Assembly (NCBI GenBank): GCA_951406725.2
Contig: OX597815.1
Span: 132,990,001 to 133,054,000, forward strand
DNA from: Octopus vulgaris
Lineage: Eukaryota
Length of the DNA: 64,000 bases
Direction: 5' to 3'
The notes under the pieces are model-generated. The model did no database searches, was not told the origin of the DNA, and was given only the letters and a program-made list of their open reading frames with translations. Positions within the stretch are counted from its first letter, which is position 1. Every line of letters begins with the position of its first letter. Shown here one piece after another: positions 1 to 10,729 of the stretch. Made by a program: the position numbers and the translations under genes.

Positions 1-131
1 GCTTCTTTCAGTTTCCGTCTACCAAATCCTCTCGAGGCTATAGTAGAAAACACTTGCCCAAGGTGCCACACAGTGGGACTGAACCCAGAACCATGTGGTT
101 CGTAAGCAAGCTACTTACCACACAGCCACTC
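1..131 (-). mobile_element. tRNA-derived CORE-type SINE head (partial)
   Basis: Minus strand has A-box-like TGGCTGTGTGG, B-box-like GGTTCAGTCCC and the CORE-like ACCTTGGGCAAGT; homologous to 16025-16180. Confidence 0.8.
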
Positions 132-984
132 CTAAATATAGAAAAAACTGCTGTAATTAAGACAGAAGTATACAGTATAAAAGAGCGTTGGGCGATGTCT
201 GACAGATGACATTTAAAAGATGAAACTTCAAAACATTATTGATTTCTGAACTGTAGACGCCTAATTAATATAGCTTGTTAGTATGAAACTTGTGGTTGTC
301 TCCTCGAGGATTTGGATAGAAAGTATAACCTCTGAACTGTGTTGTAGCTCTCCAGTCATTTTAGCAGTTATAACTTTCCGATGTGCTGGTTTTGTCAGAA
401 TTGATGTATTTAAAGCATTAGAAGTATGACTTGTAAATTTATTCTAAATTTGTTCGAGCAGATTCGAACGTGAATATAGTAATCGCCGTTGTGTTTCGTC
501 ATAGGAGAATAGCTTCTCCTTTCAGATGAATGTGTGTTTATAACACACTAGATTTTATTGGGTTACCAGATAAATTCGTTAATTTCTGCACCCCTTGCTT
601 TATTTCTGTATATTTTAATTCTCTCCAATGTTGTTTCAGTTAACAAGAAAAATAGTTCTAATGTAGTGTTTACTGGGGAGCGGTGGAGCTCTATTCTTCT
701 TCTACAACTTTTGTTCCTAGTTTCTATAATTTGGATAAATTGTACCTTTTTTCCAACATATGACGATGGAATGCCAAGTAGGAAAAACACGAATGAATTT
801 ATGACAAACCAATATATAAGCTATAAAGCATTTCTCAGCGTCTTCAGTTATTTACTAGGAGATACTAGGGCATATCATGTTAGAACCGTAAGTCCATATT
901 TGGCATATATTATTTCTCTTTGAATTGTTTCAATGAATGCCTCGCATAGTCAACCTTCTTTTTGTAATAAAGATCTAAAAATAT

Positions 985-1080
985 TGGTTTCAAATTGAGA
1001 CTCGAGGCCAACAAGTTGCGGCAGTGGCTAAGTCGATTACATCGACCCCATTACTCAGCTGGTACTTATTTTATCGACGA
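985..1080 (-). mobile_element. SINE fragment, second family (Meta/MESC-like central domain)
   Basis: Reverse complement contains GTCGATAAAATAAGTACCAG..GGGGTCGATGTAATCGAC, shared with many copies in the window. Confidence 0.6.
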
Positions 1081-1159
1081 CAAACACAAACGCAAAGATA
1101 CACGTCCATGCATGTATGCATGTACACTCACACGCACACACATATATATATATACATAC

Positions 1160-1312
1160 GACGGTCTTCCGTTGGTTTCCGTCTAAAAGATCCACTCAAC
1201 GGTTTGGCAGGTCGAGGGCTCTATTAAAAGACAATTGTTCAACGTTCCACGTAGCGAGACTGAACAGGGAACCTTATAGTTAGGAAGCGAACCTCTTACC
1301 TCACAGCCACCC
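1160..1312 (-). mobile_element. Diverged CORE-type SINE head
   Basis: Aligns by eye to 1-131 and 16025-16180. Confidence 0.7.
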
Positions 1313-1569
1313 CTCAGTCTGGTCATTCTAAGTGAAGAATATTGAGGTTATCGTAGTTCATTCAGAATTTCCAGACGATGAATTTTTGAAGAAGTTGTAA
1401 AGGAATATATTCTCACTAAATATATGATTATGCTCATATAAAACGGAAGTGTGCGAAAACGCTATAGCTTGGTGTGCATGCGCAATAGAGTTTCATATGT
1501 GTACATAAGCTTCATTACCATAGCAACAGTCCCGATAGTTTTCAATCAGACCTCGTATATTAATAATAT

Positions 1570-1620
<51 letters not shown>

Positions 1621-1624
<4 letters not shown>

Positions 1625-1770
1625 CGTTCTGAGTTCAAATTCCGCCGAGTTTAAATTTGACTTTCATCCCTTTCGGGATAATTTAAGCAACAGTTGCGTA
1701 CTGTTGTCGATCTAATCGACTGGCGCCCTCCCCTAAAATTTCGGGCCTTGTGTCTAGAGTAGAAAAGGAT
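1621..1770 (+). mobile_element. SINE, Meta/MESC-like family (5'-truncated)
   Basis: B-box GAGTTCAAATTCC followed by CTTTCATCCCTTTCGGG. Confidence 0.7.
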
Positions 1771-1772
1771 AG

Positions 1773-1822
<50 letters not shown>

Positions 1823-3849
1823 ATTCATTTATTCATGCGCTCACTATCATTGCGTGAATAAGTGGGTGAAGGAATGAGAAAATAAAGAGGTAAATATAAT
1901 AGTGTATAACTGTTGTGTATGAGTTTATTCATGAATGTATGTGTCTGCATTTAAATGTATGGGTACGCATGTGTGTGTGTGTGTCTTTGTAAGTACGAGT
2001 ACATTTGAATGTGCAGGTGTTTTACTTATTGTATGAGAGAAGTAGTGTGTGTGATGAGCGGGTGATGAGCGTGTGGGTAGCGGGGCTGACTAAGAATAAT
2101 TAATGGAATGGAGGGTGGAAATGAATGGAAAATGTAAGGTTGCTTTATAAAATGTTAAATATATAATGAAAGGTGAAAAAAAATGAACCTGCAGAAAAAA
2201 AATTCCTCTAAAGAAAACTTGAATATGGTAAAAGGTCATGAAAATGGTATTACATATAAAAAAAGAAAAATTAGCGGAGAAGAACAAATTAGATGCTCTA
2301 AAATGATGAACAGAAAAAAAAAATATCAGGGTGTAAAAAAATATCAGTGGAAAATATATAGAGTTCGAAAATAATAGAAACCTTACAAAAGATTCCTTCA
2401 GGGTTCGATATAATCATCATATAAAGAATGATTCTGTAATTTATTCAGTGTAAACCTACTCTGGAAACATAATGATGTCTAAATGAAAGAAGACAATATC
2501 AGCATCATCACCATCATCATCATCACCTCTATGAGCAACCGCAGATACAATATTCGTTCTATGGTTATAATTTGATATCTTCTGAACTGAATACTTAATG
2601 ACGTTTGATGTAGTTATTATTTTAACTGTTTTTATTGTTTCAGTGGCTGTTTTAAGGGGAGGGATGTCTTTCCAAACTCTAAACAAAATAAAAAGCATAT
2701 GATGAACGATCGTAGAAGTCTCTCTACTTGAATGAGATGATAAAAGCGAAAGTTATATGAGAAACAGGAAACTCACATTAGAATGAAATATAATCTAATT
2801 TACCAGCGTAAATAATTAAATCCCATTTTAAGAATAATATATTTGCCACGATTTAATTACTAAGAATATTTATTTTAACAATTTTCTTTTGTTAAAATTT
2901 AACACTTTTTTTGTTGAATGATTACAATGAACCTTTAAAGAGAAGAATCAATAATAAAATTTAAAAAAAAAACAATGAAATACTTTAAGTGCAGATATAG
3001 AGTAAACCTCTTCACAACCTTTGATTTTGTCATAATGTACCGAATTAAAAATTATTGATGAGATTAATTAGATGCTTTTAGCAATAATTCGTTCACGACA
3101 TAATAACAAAAGCTTATCTGGGAAGCATCAATGGGATCAGTTTAAAATTGTTAATTCATTTCCTTGCGAAACACTGTTCTTGCGTAATTCCGTCACCTCT
3201 TTCAATGGCGTTTCTGTTCTAGATGTGATTGTGTTCATTGAAATGTCTGCTAGCGGTCGGGTGGGGTAGTGATGGTGGCCTGGTCGATTATAGAGTTGTT
3301 GCTAAGGGGTGATGCATGCTGTTCCATAGAATTATAAATCTATATACATTATTGTTTATTTACGATGAGTAGAAATTGTCCGTCATTGCGCGTGCGAGGA
3401 GAGTTCAAAACCTTGTGGTTGTTGTGTCTTTCCTATTGGTGTTTACTATATTCTTCTCCCGACGGGAGGCCTTCAGCAGATTCTTTATCTCTTATCATTT
3501 ACTTGTTTCAGTCATGAGACGCAGCTACTGTGTCCCGTTCTGCCGGTTACAGCCTAGTATTCTCCGTTGCAGCTGTGCGTGTCACGCCTGACAGCCTTTA
3601 CGGTGTTTACCGAACACTAAGCAGCAGTCATGATTTCAGCATTTTGATACTCGGTACGAATCATCGTGATACAACTCTTTTCCAATATCCAGGTGGTTTC
3701 TAGACCTCCATGTCAGCTAACGTTTTCTCAAGTACCAGTTTAATCTTTATACTCTCCAACACCATTGACTATTAATACGTCACACTCTTTCTCCGAAGAA
3801 ACATAAAATATCGTCAAATTTAGCCCGAACATCGTATATATATATATAT

Positions 3850-3944
<95 letters not shown>

Positions 3945-3947
<3 letters not shown>

Positions 3948-4153
3948 CTTTATTGCCCACAAGGAGCTAAACATAGAGGGGACAAACAAGGACAGACTAA
4001 GGAATTAAGTCGATTATATCGACCCCAGTGCGTAACTGGTACTTAATTTATCGACCCCGAAAGGATGAAAGGTAAAGTCGACATCGGCGGAATTTGAACC
4101 AGAATGTAACGGCAGACGAAATACCGCTAAGCATTTCGCCCGGCGCGCTAACG
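3945..4153 (-). mobile_element. SINE, Meta/MESC-like family
   Basis: Reverse complement: GGTTCAAATTCCGCCGA..CCTTTCATCCTTTCGGGGTCGATAAATTAAGTACCAG, ending in a GGGCAATAAGAAA tail at (TA)n. Confidence 0.8.
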
Positions 4154-4154
4154 A

Positions 4155-4262
4155 GGGGCTTCTTTTAGTTTCCGTTTACGAATCACAAGCCTTAGGTCGG
4201 TCCGAGGCTATATCAGAAGACGTTGCTGAAGGTGACATGCAATGGGAAGCAAACGCCTTACC
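4155..4262 (-). mobile_element. Diverged CORE-type SINE fragment
   Basis: Matches 1-131 (gcttcttttagtttccgt..gaggctata..gaagac). Confidence 0.6.
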
Positions 4263-5075
4263 ATAGAGATACAGAGTAAAGCTACTCTGAGGCTATTACT
4301 GCTATACAGTTTCCATTTATTGAGAATGAAATGTCAAGTCGATTCAAAAACAGATTCAAAATTAAGCGTAGATAGTCGAACATAAATACTATAAAGTTTT
4401 TAGTCCCAACACTATCATTTCTGCTTTATTTCCATGAGAAGTGTTAACTTCTGAGTTGTTTAAAAGAAACTATATTTTAAGAGAGATGAAATCGGAAGCT
4501 TTTACTTTCTTTCCAGTCGCACGAAAATTAGAAATGTCAGTGAAGAGGACAAGCCTCAACGCCTCAACACACTACATTGCAGTTTCTGCTCAGGAAGTTT
4601 ATTTCTGGCTCTGCGTCGATCATCAATATCTACTGTGGAATATTTAAGTATCAAAAGTTCTGGAACTATGAAGATGAAAAACGAATAGTTCAAGTCTTTC
4701 TATATCTATATCCGACCTCTCAAAGAATGTCATGACAGATCTGCCTTATCTATATGAAAAGCTTCGTTTTTTTTTCTTTTTACAATTATATCCCAAACAC
4801 AGACCATTCGTCCTTCGTTGATATCTTTAAATGACACAAACGTGCAGTCAGCGACATCTCAGGTGTGACAAGTTTTGTTTCATTCCTGTTGAGAGTTTAT
4901 CAATAACCTTTAGAAAGTCTTCCTCAATTACCTTCAGTCTATCAAATCATATAAGACATCTACCTGTCCTTTTTATTGTTGTGTATACACATACACACAT
5001 ATATACACATTTTATTATATTATATACATATAGAATATATATATTAAATGTTGTATATATATATATATATATTAT

Positions 5076-6448
5076 GTCAGGTCGCTCTAGAGTGCTACTG
5101 GTAACATGTAATCCAGTACAACCTGTTGCATATTGGGGTCGTCGGCGACTAAACTGACAACTCCACCAGGTTCGCTGTGGGATGAAAAATAAGATAAACT
5201 CCTGAACAGTCAACGGCCATCCATCAAAATGCCAGCCTGCCCGCCCAGCCAGTGGGATGGCGTCATCGTATGGCTAAAACAGCACGAAGAACGAAGAGAA
5301 AAGGAAAAGGGCCTCAGTACCCTGCACGTCAATCGGGCCACTCTATGACGGCGGAGTGCAACCCGAGCGACGAGAGGCTGCTAAGAATCACAGGTTCCCG
5401 TGGGCCGTCATGGAACAGGACTAACCTTGCCATATGCACCTACAACTGCAGGTCCTTGGCAGGGTGGCGAGAACTGAACCACCTAATGGAGGAGAGGAAG
5501 AAGATCAGGTGCGACGTGTTAGGGCTGTGCGAGACACGCTGGAAGAAGGAAGCGAGTATACGATGGCAAGATGGATGCACTGTGAGATTAGGGAGAGCAG
5601 AAGGTACTAGATCGGTCGGAGGTATCAGCTTCATCGTAAGTAAGGAATGGGCTTCGAGGGTCGCTTCTTGCCAGTTCATATCATCACGGATTGGTGTATT
5701 GAATGTGAACCTCTCGGGGAAGACCACCCTCAAGATTGTCCAGACCTATGCTCCCACAAGTTCCAGCGACGATGACGAGGTGGAAGAATTCTATCGACAA
5801 CTAGACAAAGGGTTGGCTATGAAGTACACTTACACTGTCGTGATTGGAGACTTCAACGCAAAGGTAGGACATGGACGACAAAGGGAGGAGTACGTCGGGA
5901 GATTTGGCATAGGAGAGAGAAACGAGAGAGGAGAATGTTTGGTTACCATTGCAGAGGCGAGGCGGCTCTACATCGGAAACAGCCTATTCAGGAAGAGGGA
6001 GAGGAAGAGATGGACCTGGATATCGCCGAACTCTAAGCACCGAAGCGAGATCGACTACATCCTGGTTGATAAGCGACGCATATTACATGACGTCTCCGTC
6101 GTGACGCCATTCAACACCGACAGCGATCATCGTCTGGTGAGGGCGAGGGTCGTCATCGACGGGAAGAGGGATGTCATCGCAGAATACACCCGTAGCATGT
6201 ATAGATGAGCTGGACACGTAACCCGGCTCACCGATAATCGGTGGTCCCGCGCAGTTGTTGAGTGGTACCCACGCGAGCGGAAACGACCACTCGGAAGGCC
6301 TCCACGACGGTGGAGATACGATTTCAGGAGGACGATTGGGATCATGTGGATGAGAAAGGCGCGATCCAGAGAGGAGAGGACAGCGTGCTGTGACCAGCAG
6401 TGTCAAATGGACGCCCGACGGACTGGTCGGTCAAGGTGTTCAAGGTGA
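5076..6448 (+). mobile_element. RTE-clade LINE with the RT deleted, in (TA)n
   Basis: 5' UTR, APE endonuclease ORF, RTE C-terminal motif AGHV..DNRW..EWYPR..GRP..RW, and 3' end TCAAGGTGTTCAAGGTGA running into (TA)n. Confidence 0.9.
5252..6208 (+). CDS. Apurinic-like (APE) endonuclease of the RTE element
   Basis: Motifs YNCRSL, GLCETR, YAPT, GDFNAKVG, IDYIL and SDHRLV are present. Confidence 0.9.
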   Translation: MGWRHRMAKTARRTKRKGKGPQYPARQSGHSMTAECNPSDERLLRITGSRGPSWNRTNLAICTYNCRSLAGWRELNHLMEERKKIRCDVLGLCETRWKKEASIRWQDGCTVRLGRAEGTRSVGGISFIVSKEWASRVASCQFISSRIGVLNVNLSGKTTLKIVQTYAPTSSSDDDEVEEFYRQLDKGLAMKYTYTVVIGDFNAKVGHGRQREEYVGRFGIGERNERGECLVTIAEARRLYIGNSLFRKRERKRWTWISPNSKHRSEIDYILVDKRRILHDVSVVTPFNTDSDHRLVRARVVIDGKRDVIAEYTRSMYR

Positions 6449-6503
6449 TATATATATATAAAGTATATCATATAACTATATAATATGTATATATATATTA
6501 TAA

Positions 6504-7015
6504 TCTATATATATATAAAACTGTAGTTGTGTGTCTGTCCCCTTCGATTTAGATTCCTAACTACTCCCACATTTTGCGGTGCAGTTTAACCAAATTCGGG
6601 TATCTTATAGTCGTGATTCATATCGAGCCCGTCTGGCTATTAGCGCGCGTCTACGATGAGTCTACGATTTTTAAAATAATTTAACATCATTTTTTTATTC
6701 CATTTTAATGCATAATTTTTCGTGTGTCGATGGCGGCGGAGTTGGCGTCCATGGTCACACCTGCACCTGTTTGCTTCTCCCCCTTCTTCTCTCCCTCGTG
6801 AAGCTGTAGGGAAGGGAGTGTAAGGAAATCAACGTCGTAAAGCGTTGTCAAGGAGACCAGCGTTCTTTTAGAACAACGACTTCATGGCTTGAAGACACCA
6901 AAACAGAAATGGCTAAGAAAGCCCGAATTGGTATCTATAAGGGATGTAACTCTCTAAAAATGCTTATATAGTTATTTCCCTTACAAACCCGAGCAACGCC
7001 GGGCGATACTGCTAG
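6504..7015 (+). mobile_element. Non-autonomous Helitron (~510 bp)
   Basis: 5' A|TCTATATATATAAAA; 3' hairpin CCCGAGCAACGCCGGG followed by CTAG|T. Confidence 0.85.
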
Positions 7016-7140
7016 TATATATATAAATATATTACATATATTATATTGTATATATACATTATATTGTGTATATATAAACTTATATATATATAATATGCTT
7101 TATATGTATTTATATATATAATATGATTTATATATAAATA

Positions 7141-7212
<72 letters not shown>

Positions 7213-7325
7213 GTAAAAAATGAAAAAACTACAGAAGGCTTGTTTTAAAAGGTTAAAAAATATATATTTGAGTCAATATGTCTGAAGAATGTTATACATT
7301 TTTTTCATACAATGACATAGTATAG

Positions 7326-7365
7326 AAGAAATGACCGGTTTCGCGTTCAGCTTTTCAAATTTCTT
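7326..7365 (-). ncRNA. Minimal type I hammerhead-like ribozyme (U3-A8 variant)
   Basis: Minus strand: AAGAAAT-TTGAAAA-GC TGAAC GC-GAAA-CCGG-TC-ATTTCTT; 7-bp stem I, palindromic ACCGGT stem III. Confidence 0.7.
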
Positions 7366-7443
7366 AAAACGTTATGTTTACGTTGAGCGGTGATCTAGAT
7401 AATAAGTGATTTCTTCCGGTGTAAGGGAGATAATCGCTTAAAA

Positions 7444-8608
7444 TTATTTGCCTTTCTTTTGGATTGAGTTTCTCTGTATAAGTATGTTGGAATGGTTAAG
7501 TTTGGGCTTGTATTTTTCAATGAAGAATGTTTCCTTGTTTAGTCTAATTTGTGTTGGTGTTCCGATAGCACATTGGTAGAATGGAAAGATTAGAAATTGT
7601 GGTAGTAGTTGCTTTGCGCATTTTTCAATGTGCTCACTAAAGGGTATCATTCTGTATTCTGGGAATGCAATCTGTTGTTGATGCAGTGTGCATCTACGTC
7701 TGAGTGATAGTCCCGTGGATCCCACGTAGTCTTGGTGGCAGCCCGAGCATTTAATGACATAAATTATGTTTTCAGAGGCACAAGTAAAATTAGATTTGAT
7801 CTTGAATTTCTGTCCCTCTTTGAAGAGGAATTCTGATCCTTCTAGCAGGTTTGGACATGTTGCACAGTTCGGTCTACCACATTTTTTTACTTTTGCATCC
7901 GTAATTTCAGAAAACAATTTTGCCTCTGTGGGAATCTTTTTAAGTGATTTACGTTGTTTGTAGCTTTTAATGATTTGGTGTATGTTTAGAATTTCCTTTA
8001 ATTTGGGGGTCCTTATGAAGTATTGGTAAATTCTGGGTGATGATGGTGAAGGCTTCTTTGTTTCTGGGGTTGTATGTGGATATGTAAGGTAGTATTTTCG
8101 GGGAAGGTGTGTTGTTGTGTTGAACTTTTCTTAAAGTTTCTATGTTGATTTCTGTTGCACGTCTGATCCCATCCTCTATGAGTTGAGCTGGGTAATGTCT
8201 GTCAATTAGGGTGTTTTTGAGTCCTTGCAGTCTAAAGTTCCTGGTATTTTGTTCTGACACTATTGTGCATATCCTTCTTGCAAGGTTGAAGGGGATGTTT
8301 GTTTTAGTGTGTCTTGGGTGGCATGAATCAAAAAGAAGGTATTGTTTGGCGTCTGCGGCTTTGTAAAATATGTTTGTTTCTATTTCAAGGTTAATTTTTT
8401 TAATTAGTATATCCAAGAATGGGAGCTCCTTTTTGTTGTATTCCATTCTGAACTGTATATTTGGGTTTATGCTGTTCAATAGGTTTTTAAATTTTAGGAG
8501 TTTATCTGTGTTTTCATTCCAGAGTATAAAACAATCGTCCAGGAATCGTTTCCAATTCTCTTTTATATAATTAAATTTAGAAAGCATAGCAGTATTATGA
8601 ACAACCAC
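7444..8608 (-). pseudogene. PLE RT + GIY-YIG ORF, frameshifted near 7970
   Basis: WKRFLDDCF, LPFLDILI, SCHPRHTK; then CGRPNCATC and NIIYVIKCSGCHQDYVGSTG. Confidence 0.9.
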
Positions 8609-8710
8609 TTGAGGAATTTAAAGCACTTTATATATATAATATGATTTATATATATATATATATATATATACCACGCGTCCCCGCAGCGTCACAACAATCA
8701 GGATTGCCTT

Positions 8711-10702
8711 TTGGAGCTGGGGCGTCGTCCATCCATCTGGACGCCGCCCCCAGGCCTTTTCAGTAGCCTAGATTCGTTTGTACATGACTGCAACGCTTTG
8801 GTCCACCATTTCAACTTTGAACCAAGACCCCGCCGAGCCAACCTCACTCGGGCCGAATCCATCGCCCTTCGCCACCTCCGCCGTCGTGATGACATTGTCA
8901 TCAAACCGGCGGACAAAGGCGGGGCGGTGGTAGTGTGGCGCGCGGACCTATACAGGGAGGAAGCGCTCAACCAGCTTCAAAATCCCCTCTTCTATCGCCT
9001 CCTCCCCTCCGATCCCACCTCCTCCTACCAACAGCGAGTGTCCTCCACCATCCACGACCTCATCTCCTCCTCCGCTCTCCCCCTCACCGCCACCAACCTC
9101 ATCGTCCGCACACCCCGCACCTCCACCATCTACTTCCTTCCCAAGATCCATAAACCCTCTAACCCTGGCCGTCCCATAGTCTCTGCCTGTAATTGCCCCA
9201 CTGAACTCATCTCCCTATACCTCGACCGCATCCTGTCCCCCTTAGTCGCAGCCCTCCCATCCCACATACACGACACCAACCACGCCCTCCGTCTCTTCAA
9301 TTCCTTTTCCTTCCCTTCCAGCCCCTCACACCTCCTCTTCACCTTAGATGTAAAATCCCTGTACACAGTGATTCCCCACAATGACGGTCTCCTAGCCCTC
9401 CAACACTTCCTCGACCGTCGTCCCGACCCCACCCCCAGCACCCCCACCCTTCTCCGTTTGGCTGAGCTCGTCCTCACCCTCAATTGCTTCACGTTCGCCG
9501 GGGACACATACCAACAGGTGTCCGGGGTCGCGATGGGAACTAGGATGGGCCCCAATTTCGCCAATCTCTTTCTTGGCTACATTGAGGACCAAGTGTTCTC
9601 CCAGTTCTCTGGGCCGACCCCCGAACTATACGGTCGCTATATCGACGACTGCGTAGGTGCCACCTCCCTTTCCCGTGAACTTCTCGGCCAATTCATCTCT
9701 TTCCTTTCCAACTTTCACCCCTCTCTTCAATTCACCTCCACCATCTCCAACACCTCTGTCAACTTCCTTGACATCTCTCTCCGCATCGATCACCCCTCCA
9801 GCTCTCTCACCACCACCGCCTTCTTTAAACCTACGGATTCCCACCTCTATCTCAACTTCTCTTCCTCCCACCCCTTCCACACCAAACGAGCCATCCCCTA
9901 CTCCCAGTTCCTCCGCCTCCGACGTTTGTGCAGCCGCGACCAGGATTTCGAGACCCAATCTCAATACCTGGCCCGCATGTTCAGACTCCGAGGGTACCCA
10001 CCCACACTCCTCTCTGATGCCCTCACCCGCGCCCGTCGCATCGACCGCACTACCGCCTTGTCTCCTTCCCCCCGCCCACCCCCCAACCGCACCCCCTTCC
10101 CCCTCCTTTTCCACCCCTCTACCCTACCCCTTCGTCGCAAGATACTACGTGCCTTCCGTCGCCTCCAGCTTGATCCCACCACCCGCCCCATTTTCCCTAA
10201 CCCACCCCTGTCCTCTTTCAAACGAGCCCGCAATCTGCGTGACCTCCTGGTCCACAGCACCCTCTCTCCTTCCCCCTCAGCCCCACACGGATCATTCCCT
10301 TGCTCTAGATCCCGCTGCAACACTTGCCCCTTCATCACCAACACCACCGCTGTCACCGGCTCCAACCTGCATACTGTACGCATTAGGCACTCTTTTACGT
10401 GCACCTCGTCTGGCCTTATTTACTGCATTAAATGCAACCTATGCGGGATGCTGTATGTAGGTCAGACGGGACGCCGGTTGTCCGACCGTTTCACTGAACA
10501 CTTGAGGGACGTTCGCCTACACTCTTTTTCTCCCGTCGCACGCCACTTCCGCTCGGCCGGCCATTCCCGAGATGACATCTCAGTGTTTGGTCTCGCCCCC
10601 CACAATGGTCGCCCACTTTCCAGGCTCCACTTGGAGCAACGCTACATCTTCACCCTACAAACTACCACCCCACACGGACTTAACACAGCCCCCTCCTCTT
10701 GA
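8711..10702 (+). CDS. PLE reverse transcriptase + C-terminal GIY-YIG endonuclease (probably N-terminally truncated)
   Basis: IKPADKGGAVV, YFLPKIHK, GRPIVS, LDVKSLYT, GVAMGT, RYIDD, FLD; Cys linker CSRSRCNTC (Neptune-type); LIYCIKC..LYVGQTGR..RFTEH. Confidence 0.95.
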   Translation: MELGRRPSIWTPPPGLFSSLDSFVHDCNALVHHFNFEPRPRRANLTRAESIALRHLRRRDDIVIKPADKGGAVVVWRADLYREEALNQLQNPLFYRLLPSDPTSSYQQRVSSTIHDLISSSALPLTATNLIVRTPRTSTIYFLPKIHKPSNPGRPIVSACNCPTELISLYLDRILSPLVAALPSHIHDTNHALRLFNSFSFPSSPSHLLFTLDVKSLYTVIPHNDGLLALQHFLDRRPDPTPSTPTLLRLAELVLTLNCFTFAGDTYQQVSGVAMGTRMGPNFANLFLGYIEDQVFSQFSGPTPELYGRYIDDCVGATSLSRELLGQFISFLSNFHPSLQFTSTISNTSVNFLDISLRIDHPSSSLTTTAFFKPTDSHLYLNFSSSHPFHTKRAIPYSQFLRLRRLCSRDQDFETQSQYLARMFRLRGYPPTLLSDALTRARRIDRTTALSPSPRPPPNRTPFPLLFHPSTLPLRRKILRAFRRLQLDPTTRPIFPNPPLSSFKRARNLRDLLVHSTLSPSPSAPHGSFPCSRSRCNTCPFITNTTAVTGSNLHTVRIRHSFTCTSSGLIYCIKCNLCGMLYVGQTGRRLSDRFTEHLRDVRLHSFSPVARHFRSAGHSRDDISVFGLAPHNGRPLSRLHLEQRYIFTLQTTTPHGLNTAPSS

Positions 10703-10729
10703 GACCGTTTTTTTTTTTTTTTTTCGGAC

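Larger units (their letters stand above)
7206..8626 (-). mobile_element. AT-rich Penelope-like element, 5'-truncated
   Basis: RT C-terminal half and GIY-YIG endonuclease in two frames, plus a 3' UTR with a hammerhead-like motif. Confidence 0.9.

Noticed and set aside
8698-10460. Alternative-frame and antisense ORFs over the PLE
   Set aside because: By-products of the C-rich skew; no motifs.
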